Source: Capsulimonadales bacterium (GTDB lineage Bacteria > Armatimonadota > Armatimonadia > Armatimonadales > Armatimonadaceae). Taken from it: 49,855 nucleotides of DNA. The stretch's first letter is position 1. Each line of letters starts with the position of its first letter. This document shows positions 9,069-19,303 of this stretch, one piece after another. A program made the position numbers and the translations under genes. The notes under the pieces were generated by a model. It had not been told where the DNA came from. It worked only from the letters and a program-made list of their open reading frames with translations, and searched no databases. Location of the stretch: positions 1 to 49,855 of the forward strand of contig JANRLW010000040.1 in assembly GCA_033762295.1 (NCBI GenBank), given 5' to 3'.

Positions 9069-12000
9069 CTATTTCCCGTCGCTGTCGGTCCCGAACTCCA
9101 GTTCGTTCGCCCAGTGCCCCGCCCAGTCGTTATGGAACGTCCAGGGATTGTCCTTGCTCACACTGCGGTCCGCCGCCAGTTCGTATGCCGGCCCCCGGTT
9201 GTCATTCACCCGGTAGGTGAACTTCACCGTCCGACCGGCGGCGAGACGGGCTTTGACTTCGGGCATCTCGGACCAGGGAATCGCACACTCGACGATCCGT
9301 GTGTTGCCATCGCGTCGGATGATCAGCGTCCCCGTTTTGACCGGGCCGCCGTCGCCGGGCGCTTTCGGCTGGCGCGGATAAAAGTGTTTCCGCATCATGC
9401 CGGGCTTTTGCAGGCACCAGATCTCGGTCCCGCCGCCGTATTCCGGCGCGACGGCGTTCAGAGCGAACTCGTAGTCGGTATCCTGGTAGGTGATAAAGCG
9501 CTCCGGCGCTCCGGGCGGGTGCGGCAGCCAGGTCTTCTTCTCCGGAGGAAGCACGTTGAAGGCGATCTGCACGTTATCGGTTCCATTGCCGCTCGGAAGG
9601 TCCGGGTCCTTGCGGTAGGAGAAACGGCGTACTCCGGTCGGCCAGACCAACTCCTCCAGGCCGTCTCCGCCCAGTTTGGGATCGGGCAACTCGCCGACGT
9701 CCCAGGCAAAGTTGATCCGGGCATCGGTCCGGGTGACGACCGGCGAACCGGTGGGCGTACGACCCCGGAAAAGCCGCGCTTCGAACGGTCCCGGCACCGG
9801 CTCTCGTTGCCCGCCGGGCGCGACCCACTCAAGTTTGATGACCCCGGCGCCACCGCCCTGGTAGTAATCCAGTTCGATCTCGGCCGTCTCCCCCTGTTTC
9901 AATTCGACCGTCGCCTCGTTCTCGGTCCCGCCGTGGTCCGTCCAGTTGTCGATGACTCTTTTGCCCTTGATCGTCAGTCGGACGCCGTCATCGCTGGTTG
10001 TGACAAACCGGTAGGCCCCCGTCGCCGGCGCGGTCGGTCGCGCCGTCCAGCGGATCGCGAAATTCCCGCCGCCGGACGTTTTCGCGTACGTTTTCTCGGG
10101 ATAGAAGTAGGCGTCGTCGTCGCGCGTCTCGAAGCGGACGTTGCCGGGGTAGCCGGTGCCGTCGGCGATTTTGGCGGCAAAGTAGAAATTCCGGTCGTCG
10201 CTTGCCAGATAGCCGACGGCCTGACCCCCGTTCACCCCGGTGTCGAAGGTCTTGAACGGCTGGTAGGCGAACTCGGTCAGGGTCGGCCCGCCGCTGCCGG
10301 CGTTCGCGGATTGCGGCAGCGTCCCGTTCCAGTCGGTCAGGTCCCCGTCGACGGTGATCGTCCGTTTCGCGATCACGTTGGCGTGCAGGGTTTCGGTGTG
10401 GCGGGAGAGTCCGTCCCCGCCCGCGTCGAAAACGACCGTACAGGGATATTCGTTCCCGGCATTCGACGCAGGGGCCGGGAGGGAAAGCGTAACGGTTTCA
10501 AACGGCTTCAGGCGGACCGTCGAGAGGCGGGTCGGACCCCGACCGTAATCCACGGTCAGCGTTCCCGCCACGGAGCGGTTCAGAATGTTGTGCAGGGTCA
10601 CACGCGGCGTGCCGCCGGGCGCGGGTCCTGGCGCGGCGGTCAGGTCGTGCAGAACGATCTCGACCGGGGTGTAGCCGTCCACACGTGCCTGACCGATCGC
10701 CTTTGTCAGACGCGCGAACGAGCCCGGCTTCCCGGTCGTGCGGAGAAAGTACCCGAGGCCGTTCAACGGGACGACAATCCTGCCGCCGCTGCCCGGAACC
10801 GGATTGCCGTAGAAATCGTGGAGAACGAACTCGCCGGTCGGGTTGGCCAGGGTCATCGTTGCGCCATCGAGGACGCGGGCGGTTTCCACCGCCGTTTCCG
10901 CTTTCCGTCGTTCCTCATCGGAGGCGGTAGTCGGAAGGGCCGCGAGTTTTTGCTGCGCCGCCTCGATGTTCGCGCGGTTCTTCAGGCCGGTGACGCCGCG
11001 CCACAGAACCCGCCGTCGTTCGTAAACGCCGCCCAGGTCGCCGACCACGACCACGGTACCGTCGTCCGGTCTACCCTGGTTCGAGCCGATGGGAGCGCCG
11101 TCGAAGACGAATACCCAGGGCAGGCCGTTCCGAAACAGGATCTCCCGGAACTGACGCTGACCGATGAACTTCTGCGAGGCGGCGACGGCGGCGGCGGGGG
11201 ACCATGCCTGAATGATGCCGCGCCGCGGGTTGTCCGAAAGCACCTGCGATTCGAAGACGTTGCCGCCGTAGATGCCCGCCGTCCGCTCCTGCCCCTGCGC
11301 CCGCATCGAGGCGATGACGGCGGCGACCCGATCCTCGCTGTTGGCGATCCACGATTCGGTGTCCCAGACACGGACCGGCCCGTTCGGGGATTTGCGCTCC
11401 GCCCAGAGTTTTTCCACCGAGGGATCGGCGGCCAGCGGCTGGTAGTGGATGCTGACGAAGTCAAGGTAGGGCAGAAAGTCGAGCGTTCCGTCGCTGAAGA
11501 GTTTGTCGCGGGTGTTGGAGGAGGAGCAGGCGCCGCCGATCAGGACGTCGACTTTCTGCGCCTGTCGGGCATCGACCACTCCCAGAGCCATGTTTTTGTA
11601 CATGTCCCGGAACCGGATCATATCGGCTCCCCATCCGGAGATGGAAATACCTTCCCACGGCTCGTTCCAGAGCTCGATGGCGTTGACCGGCCCGTTCGGC
11701 CACCCCCATTTCCCGACGATCTGCGCCGTCCACCGGCGAAAATCGGGGTCCAGTTCGGGGAGCCAGGCGTAATCGCTCTTGGTGTCGAGCAGGACGCCCT
11801 TCTCATCGAGCCACGGACGGGGCCTTCCGAGGGGTTGCGGCGCGCCGCCCTCGCCGACGGTCAACATCACCGTGATGTGGTGTTTCCATGCCCATTCCAG
11901 GTGCTGAGCGAACTCACGGTAGCGGGTGTCGAAATCGTTCGCGGTGGTCGGATGGTAGCCCGCGCCAAAACGGCAGCCCTTGATACCGACCCGTTCGAAG

Positions 12001-12623
12001 AAGGTGGCGGACGCCTCGGTCACCTCGTGGGGCCAGCCCAGGTCGAGGGCGTAGGTCGGGTACTGTACGCGTCCGGGATCGGCCTTCGGGGTGCGAACCA
12101 GCGTGGCCGCGAAGGCCCGTCCGGCCGCGCCCAGGTCCGCGACCAGCGCATACCCGCCGAAGCGTGCCGGAATCGGCGGACGGACGGTTACCGTCGCCTC
12201 GCCGTTGGCCGGAAGTGTGACCGTCAGCGGAACGCGGGTCGATTTCCCGAGCGGAAAAACGTTCGGGGTCCAGATATCGCCGACCGGGACACGGGTGCCG
12301 TACGGGATGATTTCCCAGAAGCCGGTCGCCGAAAGGGGGGTCCCCGTCTTGTTGGTGAAGCGAAAGGTGAACGTCGCCGTCTCGCCGGGCCAGAGGACGT
12401 TGGCTCCTTCGCCGGTCGGCGTTTTTACGGCAGTCTCCCGGACGGCGAAAGTCCGTGTCTCCCGGCCGCCGTCCAGACCGAAGACGGTTTTGAATCCGGG
12501 CATACCGGTTCCGGTGACCATCTGCGCGGCCGCCGGACGGGCCGGGCCGAGGAGCGGAACGGTGAGCGATGCCACGCAAATCGCGGCGCGAACGGCGGAT
12601 CGAAAGGTGCGTCGGACGGTCAT
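9069..12623 (-). CDS. Secreted clan-A (GH39-like) glycoside hydrolase with PA14 and CBM9-like domains
   Basis: Signal peptide; ELWNEPW acid/base motif and WDTESW nucleophile-like motif; TVDGDLTDW (CBM9/DOMON-like); PA14 signature FAIRWT...SDDGVRL...IDNWTDH...YYQGGG. Confidence 0.75.
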   Translation of the reverse strand: MTVRRTFRSAVRAAICVASLTVPLLGPARPAAAQMVTGTGMPGFKTVFGLDGGRETRTFAVRETAVKTPTGEGANVLWPGETATFTFRFTNKTGTPLSATGFWEIIPYGTRVPVGDIWTPNVFPLGKSTRVPLTVTLPANGEATVTVRPPIPARFGGYALVADLGAAGRAFAATLVRTPKADPGRVQYPTYALDLGWPHEVTEASATFFERVGIKGCRFGAGYHPTTANDFDTRYREFAQHLEWAWKHHITVMLTVGEGGAPQPLGRPRPWLDEKGVLLDTKSDYAWLPELDPDFRRWTAQIVGKWGWPNGPVNAIELWNEPWEGISISGWGADMIRFRDMYKNMALGVVDARQAQKVDVLIGGACSSSNTRDKLFSDGTLDFLPYLDFVSIHYQPLAADPSVEKLWAERKSPNGPVRVWDTESWIANSEDRVAAVIASMRAQGQERTAGIYGGNVFESQVLSDNPRRGIIQAWSPAAAVAASQKFIGQRQFREILFRNGLPWVFVFDGAPIGSNQGRPDDGTVVVVGDLGGVYERRRVLWRGVTGLKNRANIEAAQQKLAALPTTASDEERRKAETAVETARVLDGATMTLANPTGEFVLHDFYGNPVPGSGGRIVVPLNGLGYFLRTTGKPGSFARLTKAIGQARVDGYTPVEIVLHDLTAAPGPAPGGTPRVTLHNILNRSVAGTLTVDYGRGPTRLSTVRLKPFETVTLSLPAPASNAGNEYPCTVVFDAGGDGLSRHTETLHANVIAKRTITVDGDLTDWNGTLPQSANAGSGGPTLTEFAYQPFKTFDTGVNGGQAVGYLASDDRNFYFAAKIADGTGYPGNVRFETRDDDAYFYPEKTYAKTSGGGNFAIRWTARPTAPATGAYRFVTTSDDGVRLTIKGKRVIDNWTDHGGTENEATVELKQGETAEIELDYYQGGGAGVIKLEWVAPGGQREPVPGPFEARLFRGRTPTGSPVVTRTDARINFAWDVGELPDPKLGGDGLEELVWPTGVRRFSYRKDPDLPSGNGTDNVQIAFNVLPPEKKTWLPHPPGAPERFITYQDTDYEFALNAVAPEYGGGTEIWCLQKPGMMRKHFYPRQPKAPGDGGPVKTGTLIIRRDGNTRIVECAIPWSEMPEVKARLAAGRTVKFTYRVNDNRGPAYELAADRSVSKDNPWTFHNDWAGHWANELEFGTDSDGK

Positions 12624-12649
12624 TTCTGAGTGTCTCCGTGATGGCGAGT

Positions 12650-13714
12650 TCAGGCGGCGGGCAGACAGCGAAGTTCGAGCGATTTCGTCGGCAACAGGTT
12701 GGGCAGAATGCGCCGAACGGGCGGTTCGGGCAGCTGATCCCGGAGCAGCGGCAACAGGAGATCCTCGACCGCGACCTGCCCGATCGAGGCGAAACTGGTA
12801 TCCTCAAAGACGAAGCCGTGTCCGAAGGCCAGATGAAGGAAGGGGGACGCCTGTCCGGCGACCGCGACCTGCCCCGGTTGGTCGCCGATAATCCGACCCT
12901 GGCGAGCCAGAGTCCGCTCGATATGGTGCCAGTCGTTATCGGAGGTTCCGATCGCGATAGCGTCCGGTTGTTCCTCCTCCGGAAGGGTGAACCAGCCCTC
13001 GACGCACCGGTGGACCTCAGCCGGGCCGTTCTCCCCGTAAAGGGCGATCCGATGTTCCGGCGGCGGGGCGTGCAGATGGCGCAGACAGGCATTCCGGAAA
13101 CCGGACTGCAGGTGTTTCTGGTAGACGCCACCCTGGTCGAAACCGATATAGGCGATCCGGCGGCGATTCCGCGCCGCGAACCGGGCGACGACGGTATCCA
13201 TCATTCCTTCGTGGTCGTAGTCGACCTGATACCAGGAGGGAAACCGGCGTTCGTGCCGTCCCTTGACGACGAACGGGATATGATGCTGCTCCAGAAACGC
13301 GCCCTGTTCGGCGGTATCGCTCTCCTGCCCGAACAGGAGGATGGCATCACAGGACTGCCGCCGTACGAGATCGGAAAGACCGACCATCAGCTCCTTCTGA
13401 TCGGGATAGACATGGAGTTTGAGTTCATAGCCGTGCATGCCCAGCCGTCCGGCCATGATCTCGGCGGTCCCGTCGAACGTGCTGAGCGGTCCCAGATAGT
13501 TTTCGTGGAACAGGAAGGCGACCACATAGGTTTTCCCGGTCCGCAGGGCCCGGGCCGCCTGGTTCGGTCGGTAGCCCAGCGCTTCGGCCGCCTCCCGGAT
13601 GCGCTGGCGGGTCTCCGGGGACGCCCAGGTATTGGATCGGTTATTCAAAACGCCCGACACCGTGGAAGGGGAAAGACCACAGCGTTTTGCCACATCGCGT
13701 AAAGTCACTGACAC
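12650..13714 (-). CDS. LacI family transcriptional regulator
   Basis: TLRDVAKRCGLSPSTVSGVLN...LGYRPNQAARALRT; RBS GGAGG. Confidence 0.95.
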   Translation of the reverse strand: MSVTLRDVAKRCGLSPSTVSGVLNNRSNTWASPETRQRIREAAEALGYRPNQAARALRTGKTYVVAFLFHENYLGPLSTFDGTAEIMAGRLGMHGYELKLHVYPDQKELMVGLSDLVRRQSCDAILLFGQESDTAEQGAFLEQHHIPFVVKGRHERRFPSWYQVDYDHEGMMDTVVARFAARNRRRIAYIGFDQGGVYQKHLQSGFRNACLRHLHAPPPEHRIALYGENGPAEVHRCVEGWFTLPEEEQPDAIAIGTSDNDWHHIERTLARQGRIIGDQPGQVAVAGQASPFLHLAFGHGFVFEDTSFASIGQVAVEDLLLPLLRDQLPEPPVRRILPNLLPTKSLELRCLPAA

Positions 13715-13752
13715 CGTCGCCTCCGCAGAACCGGGATCGTAGGTTCTCGCCT

Positions 13753-13782
13753 GTTATACAGTGGGTCACGCAATAAATGCAA
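13753..13782 (-). promoter_or_regulatory. Putative sigma70 promoter for lacI-GH
   Basis: Minus strand TTGCAT-N18-TATAAC, with TG immediately 5' of the -10. Confidence 0.45.
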
Positions 13783-13791
13783 ATTCTTTCT

Positions 13792-13807
13792 TACATAACG
13801 ATTCGTA
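13792..13807. promoter_or_regulatory. Putative LacI operator 1 (TACATAACGATTCGTA)
   Basis: Imperfect palindrome with central CG; 14/16 identical to the site at 13879. Confidence 0.6.
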
Positions 13808-13850
13808 TCCATGAAAAATCGAATTCGTGAAACATAACACAGGTTTTTAC

Positions 13851-13879
13851 TTGACAAAGCCCGTGTCGTACCGTAACAT
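13851..13879 (+). promoter_or_regulatory. sigma70 promoter for the small protein/prepilin/TPR/CRTAC1 operon
   Basis: TTGACA (13851-56)-N17-TAACAT (13874-79). Confidence 0.75.
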
Positions 13880-13894
13880 ACGAAACGATTCGTA
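13879..13894. promoter_or_regulatory. Putative LacI operator 2 (TACGAAACGATTCGTA)
   Basis: Near-perfect palindrome with an AACG core, overlapping the predicted +1. Confidence 0.7.
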
Positions 13895-14203
13895 AAGGAA
13901 AAGGGTACGCGTAGATCCTTCTCCTTGAAATCAGTCCGCAACCGTGGCGACGAAGTCAATCGGTTCGTTTTCCGGAAGAGGATTTCCGTATCGGGATCGA
14001 CAATGAAGCGGCAAGGATCCGGCGAAATATTATGCGTATCAGCCGATCGATGAAGGCAACGGCGTACCCACTCCGAACTCGACCACGGTGCAATCCGCGG
14101 GTCCGACCTTTCTCCGCTCTCCCCCTTCCCGTACGGGTCTCCCCGGTGAACCCGTCCCGAACGTCTTCCCTTCGCCCGGCGGCTACGGAAAGGTAGCACA
14201 CAG

Positions 14204-14464
14204 ATGAGGTTGCGATCCTCCTGGCTTATTCCGACCATCGTCGTTCTCGCACTGGGACAGGGCTGCAATCGCCCCGCCCCCCCTCCCGACCGCCGTACGG
14301 CGGAGCAAAAGGCCGAGTCCGAATGGTTCAACAAAAGGGCGAAAGAATTGAACGGTAATTTCGATGCGCTTACGCCCGAAGAGAAACAACGCGCGATTAA
14401 AGCAAGTAACAATAGCGAGAGTTCCGCTCGTATGGGGTTTGGTTACGCTTCCAAACTCAAATAA
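14204..14464 (+). CDS. Small putative lipoprotein
   Basis: RBS GAAAGG; signal peptide ending ALGQGC. Confidence 0.75.
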   Translation: MRLRSSWLIPTIVVLALGQGCNRPAPPPDRRTAEQKAESEWFNKRAKELNGNFDALTPEEKQRAIKASNNSESSARMGFGYASKLK

Positions 14465-14575
14465 ATTCCTTTTCCCGGGTACCCGATTGTGCTTTCCCCT
14501 GCGGGTAAGGGCAATCCGGTATCAGTGCGCCGCCAGTATCATCCTATTTCTCAATGAAAGGTTCGTTGTCTAACC

Positions 14576-15520
14576 ATGTTGTCATCGCATCGCCGCTCCG
14601 TGTCAGCCTTTACGCTGATCGAACTGCTCGTTGTCATCGCCATCATCGCGATTCTTGCCGCTATCCTGTTCCCGGTCTTCGCCCAGGCCCGCGAAAAGGC
14701 CCGTTCCATCTCCTGCCTCTCGAACGTCAAGCAGCTGGGTCTTGCCATCATGATGTATGTTCAGGACTACGACGAAACCTTCGGGTTCTCGCAGACCACG
14801 TTCAATCCGGCGGCGCCCTATCCGATCGGGCCCGACGGAAACCCGGATTCCACCTGGCGCAACGTTTTGCAGCCCTATATCAAGAACGGAACGGGTCGGG
14901 GAACGATTCAGGCCTGTCCGTCCGATGCTCAACTTCAAGGCGCGACCTCTTCCTATGCCGTTAACGGCGTTCTGTTCGGCATCAATGAACGGAACTTCGA
15001 TCCTGCAAACCCCAACGTTACCGGTCTGGTTCCGTCGCTGGCGCTCGCGGCCATCAACACTCCCTCGGAAACGCTGGCGATGGCGGATGTTTCGCACTGG
15101 GCGGGTGGCGGCACCGGTACCGATATGGTGCGTGTCGGGGATAGAGCCCGAAATCCTAACGCGATTAATGACAACATCGTTGCCCCGCTTGGCTCGCTGG
15201 CGGCCGCAAAGTCCCTGATGGCTATCTTCAAGCAGGCCGACTGCGACTTCACCGACTACAGCGGATTCCCCTGGGAAGGCGGTAGCGGTGTTTGTACGCC
15301 GTCGAACGGCGAACCCGCGATTGCCTGGGCGATGAAGAGCCCCGCCTATCGCCATACCCGCAACGGTCTGGGAACCGGTTTCGCCAACGTCGTCTGGGCG
15401 GACGGTCATGCCAAGACGGTGCGCTTCGGTCGTCTCGGTGCATCCAACTACGATCCGACCCTGCCTGCCAACCTGGCGACGATCTGCGGCCCGAACAACA
15501 CCATCGCCCAGTGCCAGTAA
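14576..15520 (+). CDS. Prepilin-type N-terminal cleavage/methylation protein (DUF1559-like, C-terminal H-X-DG motif)
   Basis: [40 protein letters not shown]...YVQDYDE, CPSD, RH...[11 protein letters not shown]. Confidence 0.95.
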   Translation: MLSSHRRSVSAFTLIELLVVIAIIAILAAILFPVFAQAREKARSISCLSNVKQLGLAIMMYVQDYDETFGFSQTTFNPAAPYPIGPDGNPDSTWRNVLQPYIKNGTGRGTIQACPSDAQLQGATSSYAVNGVLFGINERNFDPANPNVTGLVPSLALAAINTPSETLAMADVSHWAGGGTGTDMVRVGDRARNPNAINDNIVAPLGSLAAAKSLMAIFKQADCDFTDYSGFPWEGGSGVCTPSNGEPAIAWAMKSPAYRHTRNGLGTGFANVVWADGHAKTVRFGRLGASNYDPTLPANLATICGPNNTIAQCQ

Positions 15521-15560
15521 GTTTCTCTTGAAACGTTCCGTAGACACGGTCACGTAAATC

Positions 15561-15603
15561 AGAGCGGGCGGGAGGCATCACTCCTGCCTGCTCTTTCCGT
15601 TTC
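15561..15603 (+). terminator. Stem-loop after prepilin 1
   Basis: AGAGCGGGCGGGAG / CTCCTGCCTGCTCT (with G-U pairs), then a short interrupted T tail. Confidence 0.65.
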
Positions 15604-15614
15604 AGGATGGGTCC

Positions 15615-17471
15615 ATGTCCGCTCGTAAACGAAGTCGGGTTCTGATAGTAATCCTCGTTCTGCTCCTGCCCATCGGCGCGTTCACGCTGAACCGGGTGCA
15701 GGCGGAACGACAAAAGTTACAGGCTACCGCAGCACGGGAACTGTCGGCCTCGCTCCACGCCTTTCTGGAACAGGGCAACCTGCCCGAAGCGCGGAAGGTG
15801 GCGAACGAGTGGACAAAACTGCAACCCGAGAATGGTGCGGCATGGCGCGAGGCGGGAACGGTTGCTTTGACGGAAAACGACCTGACAACGGCGAAAAAGG
15901 CGCTGGAAAAGGCCGCCGCCCTCAACCCGAAGGACGAAAAAGCGCAGCAGGCTCTCGGTGATGTTCTGTTTGCCCTGAAAGACCATGCCGGGGCGGAAAC
16001 CGCGTATCGGGCCGCACTGGAAGGAAACCCGGAGAAGTCCGTTCAAGCGGCGGCGAAAATCGGGCTTGCCCGAACCCTTATCGCACGGAAAAAGGATTTT
16101 GTCGAAGCCGAGCGATGGGCCGAAGAAGCGACGCAGACGACCGTGGGAGACGCGGTTGCCTGTTTCGTACTGGCGGAGGCGCGGCTCGCGCAGGGGAAGG
16201 GCAGGGAAGCCCTCCGTGCCGTGCGCCGGGGTCTGGCTCTCGAGCCTGCCAGCGCCGGTGGCCATACCTTGCTCGTTCTGGCGAACCGTCTGACCGGTAA
16301 CGCCGCCGGGGCGAAAAAAGCCGAAGCGACATTGACCGCTCTGCGGGAATACACCCCGAACTCCCCGAACATTCCTGACCCGATCCGTGTCGCTCAGGGG
16401 GCGGCCCTTCTGGAAGAAGGCAGGTATCAGGACGCCCTCGACCAATTCATCACCGTTTTGAAGAAGGATATTTCGAATGCCGGGGCGCTGGAAGGAGCGG
16501 GATTGGCTCTCTGGCAGATGGATCAGAAAAGTATGGGCGGTTCCTATCTGGCGCAGAGTTTGCGCCATGACCCGGAGCGTGTGCGGGCGCGAATGGCTCT
16601 GGGCCTCGCCGCCTACGAACAGAAACAGTACAGCAATGCCGCCACCCATTTTCGCATTGTCACTCAGGTGCAGCCGGGCAACGCCCTGGCCTGGCATGGT
16701 CTTGGTCAGGCGTATGCGGGCGATGTGCTGCATGAGAAGGAGGCCGAAAACGCTTTGCGCCGCGCGGTGGAGTTGGACGGGAACCAGCCCGCGTTCCGGC
16801 TGGATTATGCCGCGATTCTGAACAAGAACAATCAACTCATCGAGGCCGAAACCGCCTACCGCAAAGGGCTAAGCCTGGCATCGGAAGAGCCTTTCGTTCA
16901 GGCGCAAGTCGGGGCGTTCCTTGCCGGCCTTCCGGACCCACAAAAACGCGCCGAGGCGCAGACGCTGCTGGAAAAAGCGTTGCAGGGCGACCCGAAAAAT
17001 GCCTACGCGCAATTTCATCTCGGGCGACTGCTGGTCGAGTCGAACCGACCCGAAGACGCGGTGAAATGGCTGGAAAAGGCGACGCGGGACGGGCAGGCCG
17101 ACACCAAGGATGTGTGGTCGGTTCTGGCGCGGGCGTATCGGCAGCTGGGACAGCGGGACAGGGCCGCCGCCGCCATTGCACGCGCCGAGGAGATCGAGAA
17201 ACGCAACGACCGCTATTTCACGGCGATCGGCTATATCAGCGATCATCTCAATGAACCGGCGGCCCGTCTGGAACTGGCGCGGGCGAGCGCCGGGGTGGGT
17301 GAGACGGTTCGGGCGCTGGCCGAGTACGATACCTACCTGCGGCGTGTGCCCAATGATTCGGCCGTCAAAAAGGAGAAGGACGACTACACCGCTTCCCTGA
17401 AAGCCGCCGGGAAACTCCCCGACATGACCCTGTACAATAGCATTAACACCGCCGCCAGAGAGACCCCCTGA
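15615..17471 (+). CDS. Membrane-anchored TPR protein
   Basis: N-terminal TM helix and many TPR repeats (AAALNPKD, LRHDPE, VELDGN, QGDPKN). Confidence 0.9.
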   Translation: MSARKRSRVLIVILVLLLPIGAFTLNRVQAERQKLQATAARELSASLHAFLEQGNLPEARKVANEWTKLQPENGAAWREAGTVALTENDLTTAKKALEKAAALNPKDEKAQQALGDVLFALKDHAGAETAYRAALEGNPEKSVQAAAKIGLARTLIARKKDFVEAERWAEEATQTTVGDAVACFVLAEARLAQGKGREALRAVRRGLALEPASAGGHTLLVLANRLTGNAAGAKKAEATLTALREYTPNSPNIPDPIRVAQGAALLEEGRYQDALDQFITVLKKDISNAGALEGAGLALWQMDQKSMGGSYLAQSLRHDPERVRARMALGLAAYEQKQYSNAATHFRIVTQVQPGNALAWHGLGQAYAGDVLHEKEAENALRRAVELDGNQPAFRLDYAAILNKNNQLIEAETAYRKGLSLASEEPFVQAQVGAFLAGLPDPQKRAEAQTLLEKALQGDPKNAYAQFHLGRLLVESNRPEDAVKWLEKATRDGQADTKDVWSVLARAYRQLGQRDRAAAAIARAEEIEKRNDRYFTAIGYISDHLNEPAARLELARASAGVGETVRALAEYDTYLRRVPNDSAVKKEKDDYTASLKAAGKLPDMTLYNSINTAARETP

Positions 17472-17472
17472 G

Positions 17473-19119
17473 ATGCCTTGCCTGCCTCGACTTCGGACGA
17501 TCGTTTCGGCGCTCGGACTTCTTGCCGTTTCCGGTTGCGTCACAAAAGCCACCGGCGACGGCGTGAAACCCACCCCGTCCGCCGAAAACCAGGGAATTGC
17601 CTTCCGGGATGTGGCAAAAGAGGCCGGTTTGGATTACGTTTGGAAACTGACTGCCAGACCGACCGGCAACATTCTGGATATGATCGGCAACGGGTGCGGC
17701 TTTCTCGATTTCGACAATGACGGGAACCTCGATATTCTGCTGGTCGGAACACCCCCCGCCCTTTATAAAGGCGACGGTAAAGGCCGGTTTGAGAAAGTAC
17801 CGTTGCCGCCGTTGACCGGGCATTTCCAGGGTTGCGCGACCGGTGACTTCAACAACGATCGCTTTACGGACCTCTACCTGACGGCGCACCGGGGCGGTGC
17901 GTTGCTCCAAAATAACGGCGGCAAAGGCTTTATCGATGTCACGAAAACGTCCGGGGTGGCCTCGATGCCCTGGGCGACCGCCGCCGCGTTCGGCGACCTG
18001 GATGCGGATGGCAACCTGGACCTGTATATTGGCAACTATGTGAAGTTCGGGCCGGAGACAAAGCCGCAACTCTGCCAGCAAAAGGGAATTACGACCGCCT
18101 GCGCCCCCCGACAGTATTCGCCGGAACCCGGGTTCCTCTACAAAGGCAACGGCAAAGGGCAGTTCCGCGACATCACAAAGGCGGCCGGTTTCGATCGGTT
18201 GACCGGCAAGGCGCTCGGTGTGGCCATCGCCGACTACAACGACTCCGGGCGGCTCAGTGTTTCGGTTGCCAACGACGAAATGGCGGGCGACCTGATGAAA
18301 AATCTGGGCAACGGTAAGTTCGAAAATATCGCCAAACTTGCCGGGACCGCCACCGATAACGACGGGAACTACCACGGGGGTATGGGCACCGACTGGGGCG
18401 ATGTGGACGACGACGGACGTCTTGACCTGCTGGTGGCGACCTATCAGAACGAGCCTAAAAACATCTACCACAATCAGGGCGATGACCTCTTCACCGACAA
18501 AGGGGACCGCCTTGGCCTGCTGGGGGCGGTTCCGTATGTGACCTTCGGGGCGCGGTTTGCGGACTTTGACAACGACGGCGTCCCGGATATTGTTCTGGCG
18601 AACGGGCACGTTCAGGACAATATCGAAAAAATCGACAGCCGAACGACATTTTTACAACCGACCGTGTTTTATCGCGGAACGAAGAGCGGGACCGCCACCC
18701 GGTTTACGGAAATCACGGAGTCGCTGGATAAAAGCGTCACCAGGCCGATTATGGGGCGCGGGCTGGCGGCAGGCGACTACGACAACGACGGACGAACGGA
18801 CCTGCTGATTGTGGACAACCAGGGGCCACCGCTGCTTTTGCACAACGAGACAAAAGGGGCCGGGAACTTTATCGGGTTTTCGCTGAAAACCGTTGCCGGA
18901 AAAACCCCCCTCGGCGCGACGATTACGGTCAAGATCGGGGATCGCACGCTGGTTCGGCATTGCCATACCGACGGCTCGTTCATGTCCGCCTCCGACCCGC
19001 GTGTTTTGGTGGGCCTCGGCCCGGCAACCGGAGCCGACAGCGTAACCGTTCGCTGGCCCGGCGGTATCGAGAAGTCGTGGCGGAACCTCGAAGCCAATCG
19101 TTACCACACGCTGGAATAA
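17473..19119 (+). CDS. CRTAC1 / ASPIC-UnbV family FG-GAP repeat lipoprotein
   Basis: Lipobox LAVSGC; repeated DFDNDGxxD motifs; C-terminal GSFMSASDPRVLVGLG...VRWPGG. Confidence 0.92.
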   Translation: MPCLPRLRTIVSALGLLAVSGCVTKATGDGVKPTPSAENQGIAFRDVAKEAGLDYVWKLTARPTGNILDMIGNGCGFLDFDNDGNLDILLVGTPPALYKGDGKGRFEKVPLPPLTGHFQGCATGDFNNDRFTDLYLTAHRGGALLQNNGGKGFIDVTKTSGVASMPWATAAAFGDLDADGNLDLYIGNYVKFGPETKPQLCQQKGITTACAPRQYSPEPGFLYKGNGKGQFRDITKAAGFDRLTGKALGVAIADYNDSGRLSVSVANDEMAGDLMKNLGNGKFENIAKLAGTATDNDGNYHGGMGTDWGDVDDDGRLDLLVATYQNEPKNIYHNQGDDLFTDKGDRLGLLGAVPYVTFGARFADFDNDGVPDIVLANGHVQDNIEKIDSRTTFLQPTVFYRGTKSGTATRFTEITESLDKSVTRPIMGRGLAAGDYDNDGRTDLLIVDNQGPPLLLHNETKGAGNFIGFSLKTVAGKTPLGATITVKIGDRTLVRHCHTDGSFMSASDPRVLVGLGPATGADSVTVRWPGGIEKSWRNLEANRYHTLE

Positions 19120-19273
19120 CACTTTCCCGCCAATGCCGGAATCTGCCGCGTTTTTACGTTTATCGGTCACATCAAACGCTTCGCGTTCGCACCGTTCCAT
19201 CGGTTCCATCGATTTCGTGCGTTTATCGGAACGGCGGCAAACCGGACCGCCGCCAAACGCTTCCTACGGAGTC

Positions 19274-19303
19274 TTGACAAGCAGAAACGGGTTGTGCTAA
19301 CAT
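19274..19303 (+). promoter_or_regulatory. sigma70 promoter for the prepilin 2 operon
   Basis: TTGACA (19274-79)-N18-TAACAT (19298-303) with extended -10 TG. Confidence 0.65.

Noticed and set aside
8976..12629. 1217-aa plus-strand ORF, and similar long antisense ORFs (4431-5948, 12569-13702, 23126-24667, 26065-27651, 45167-46909)
   Set aside because: These are shadow frames of well-supported opposite-strand genes, expected in high-GC DNA, with no recognisable motifs.
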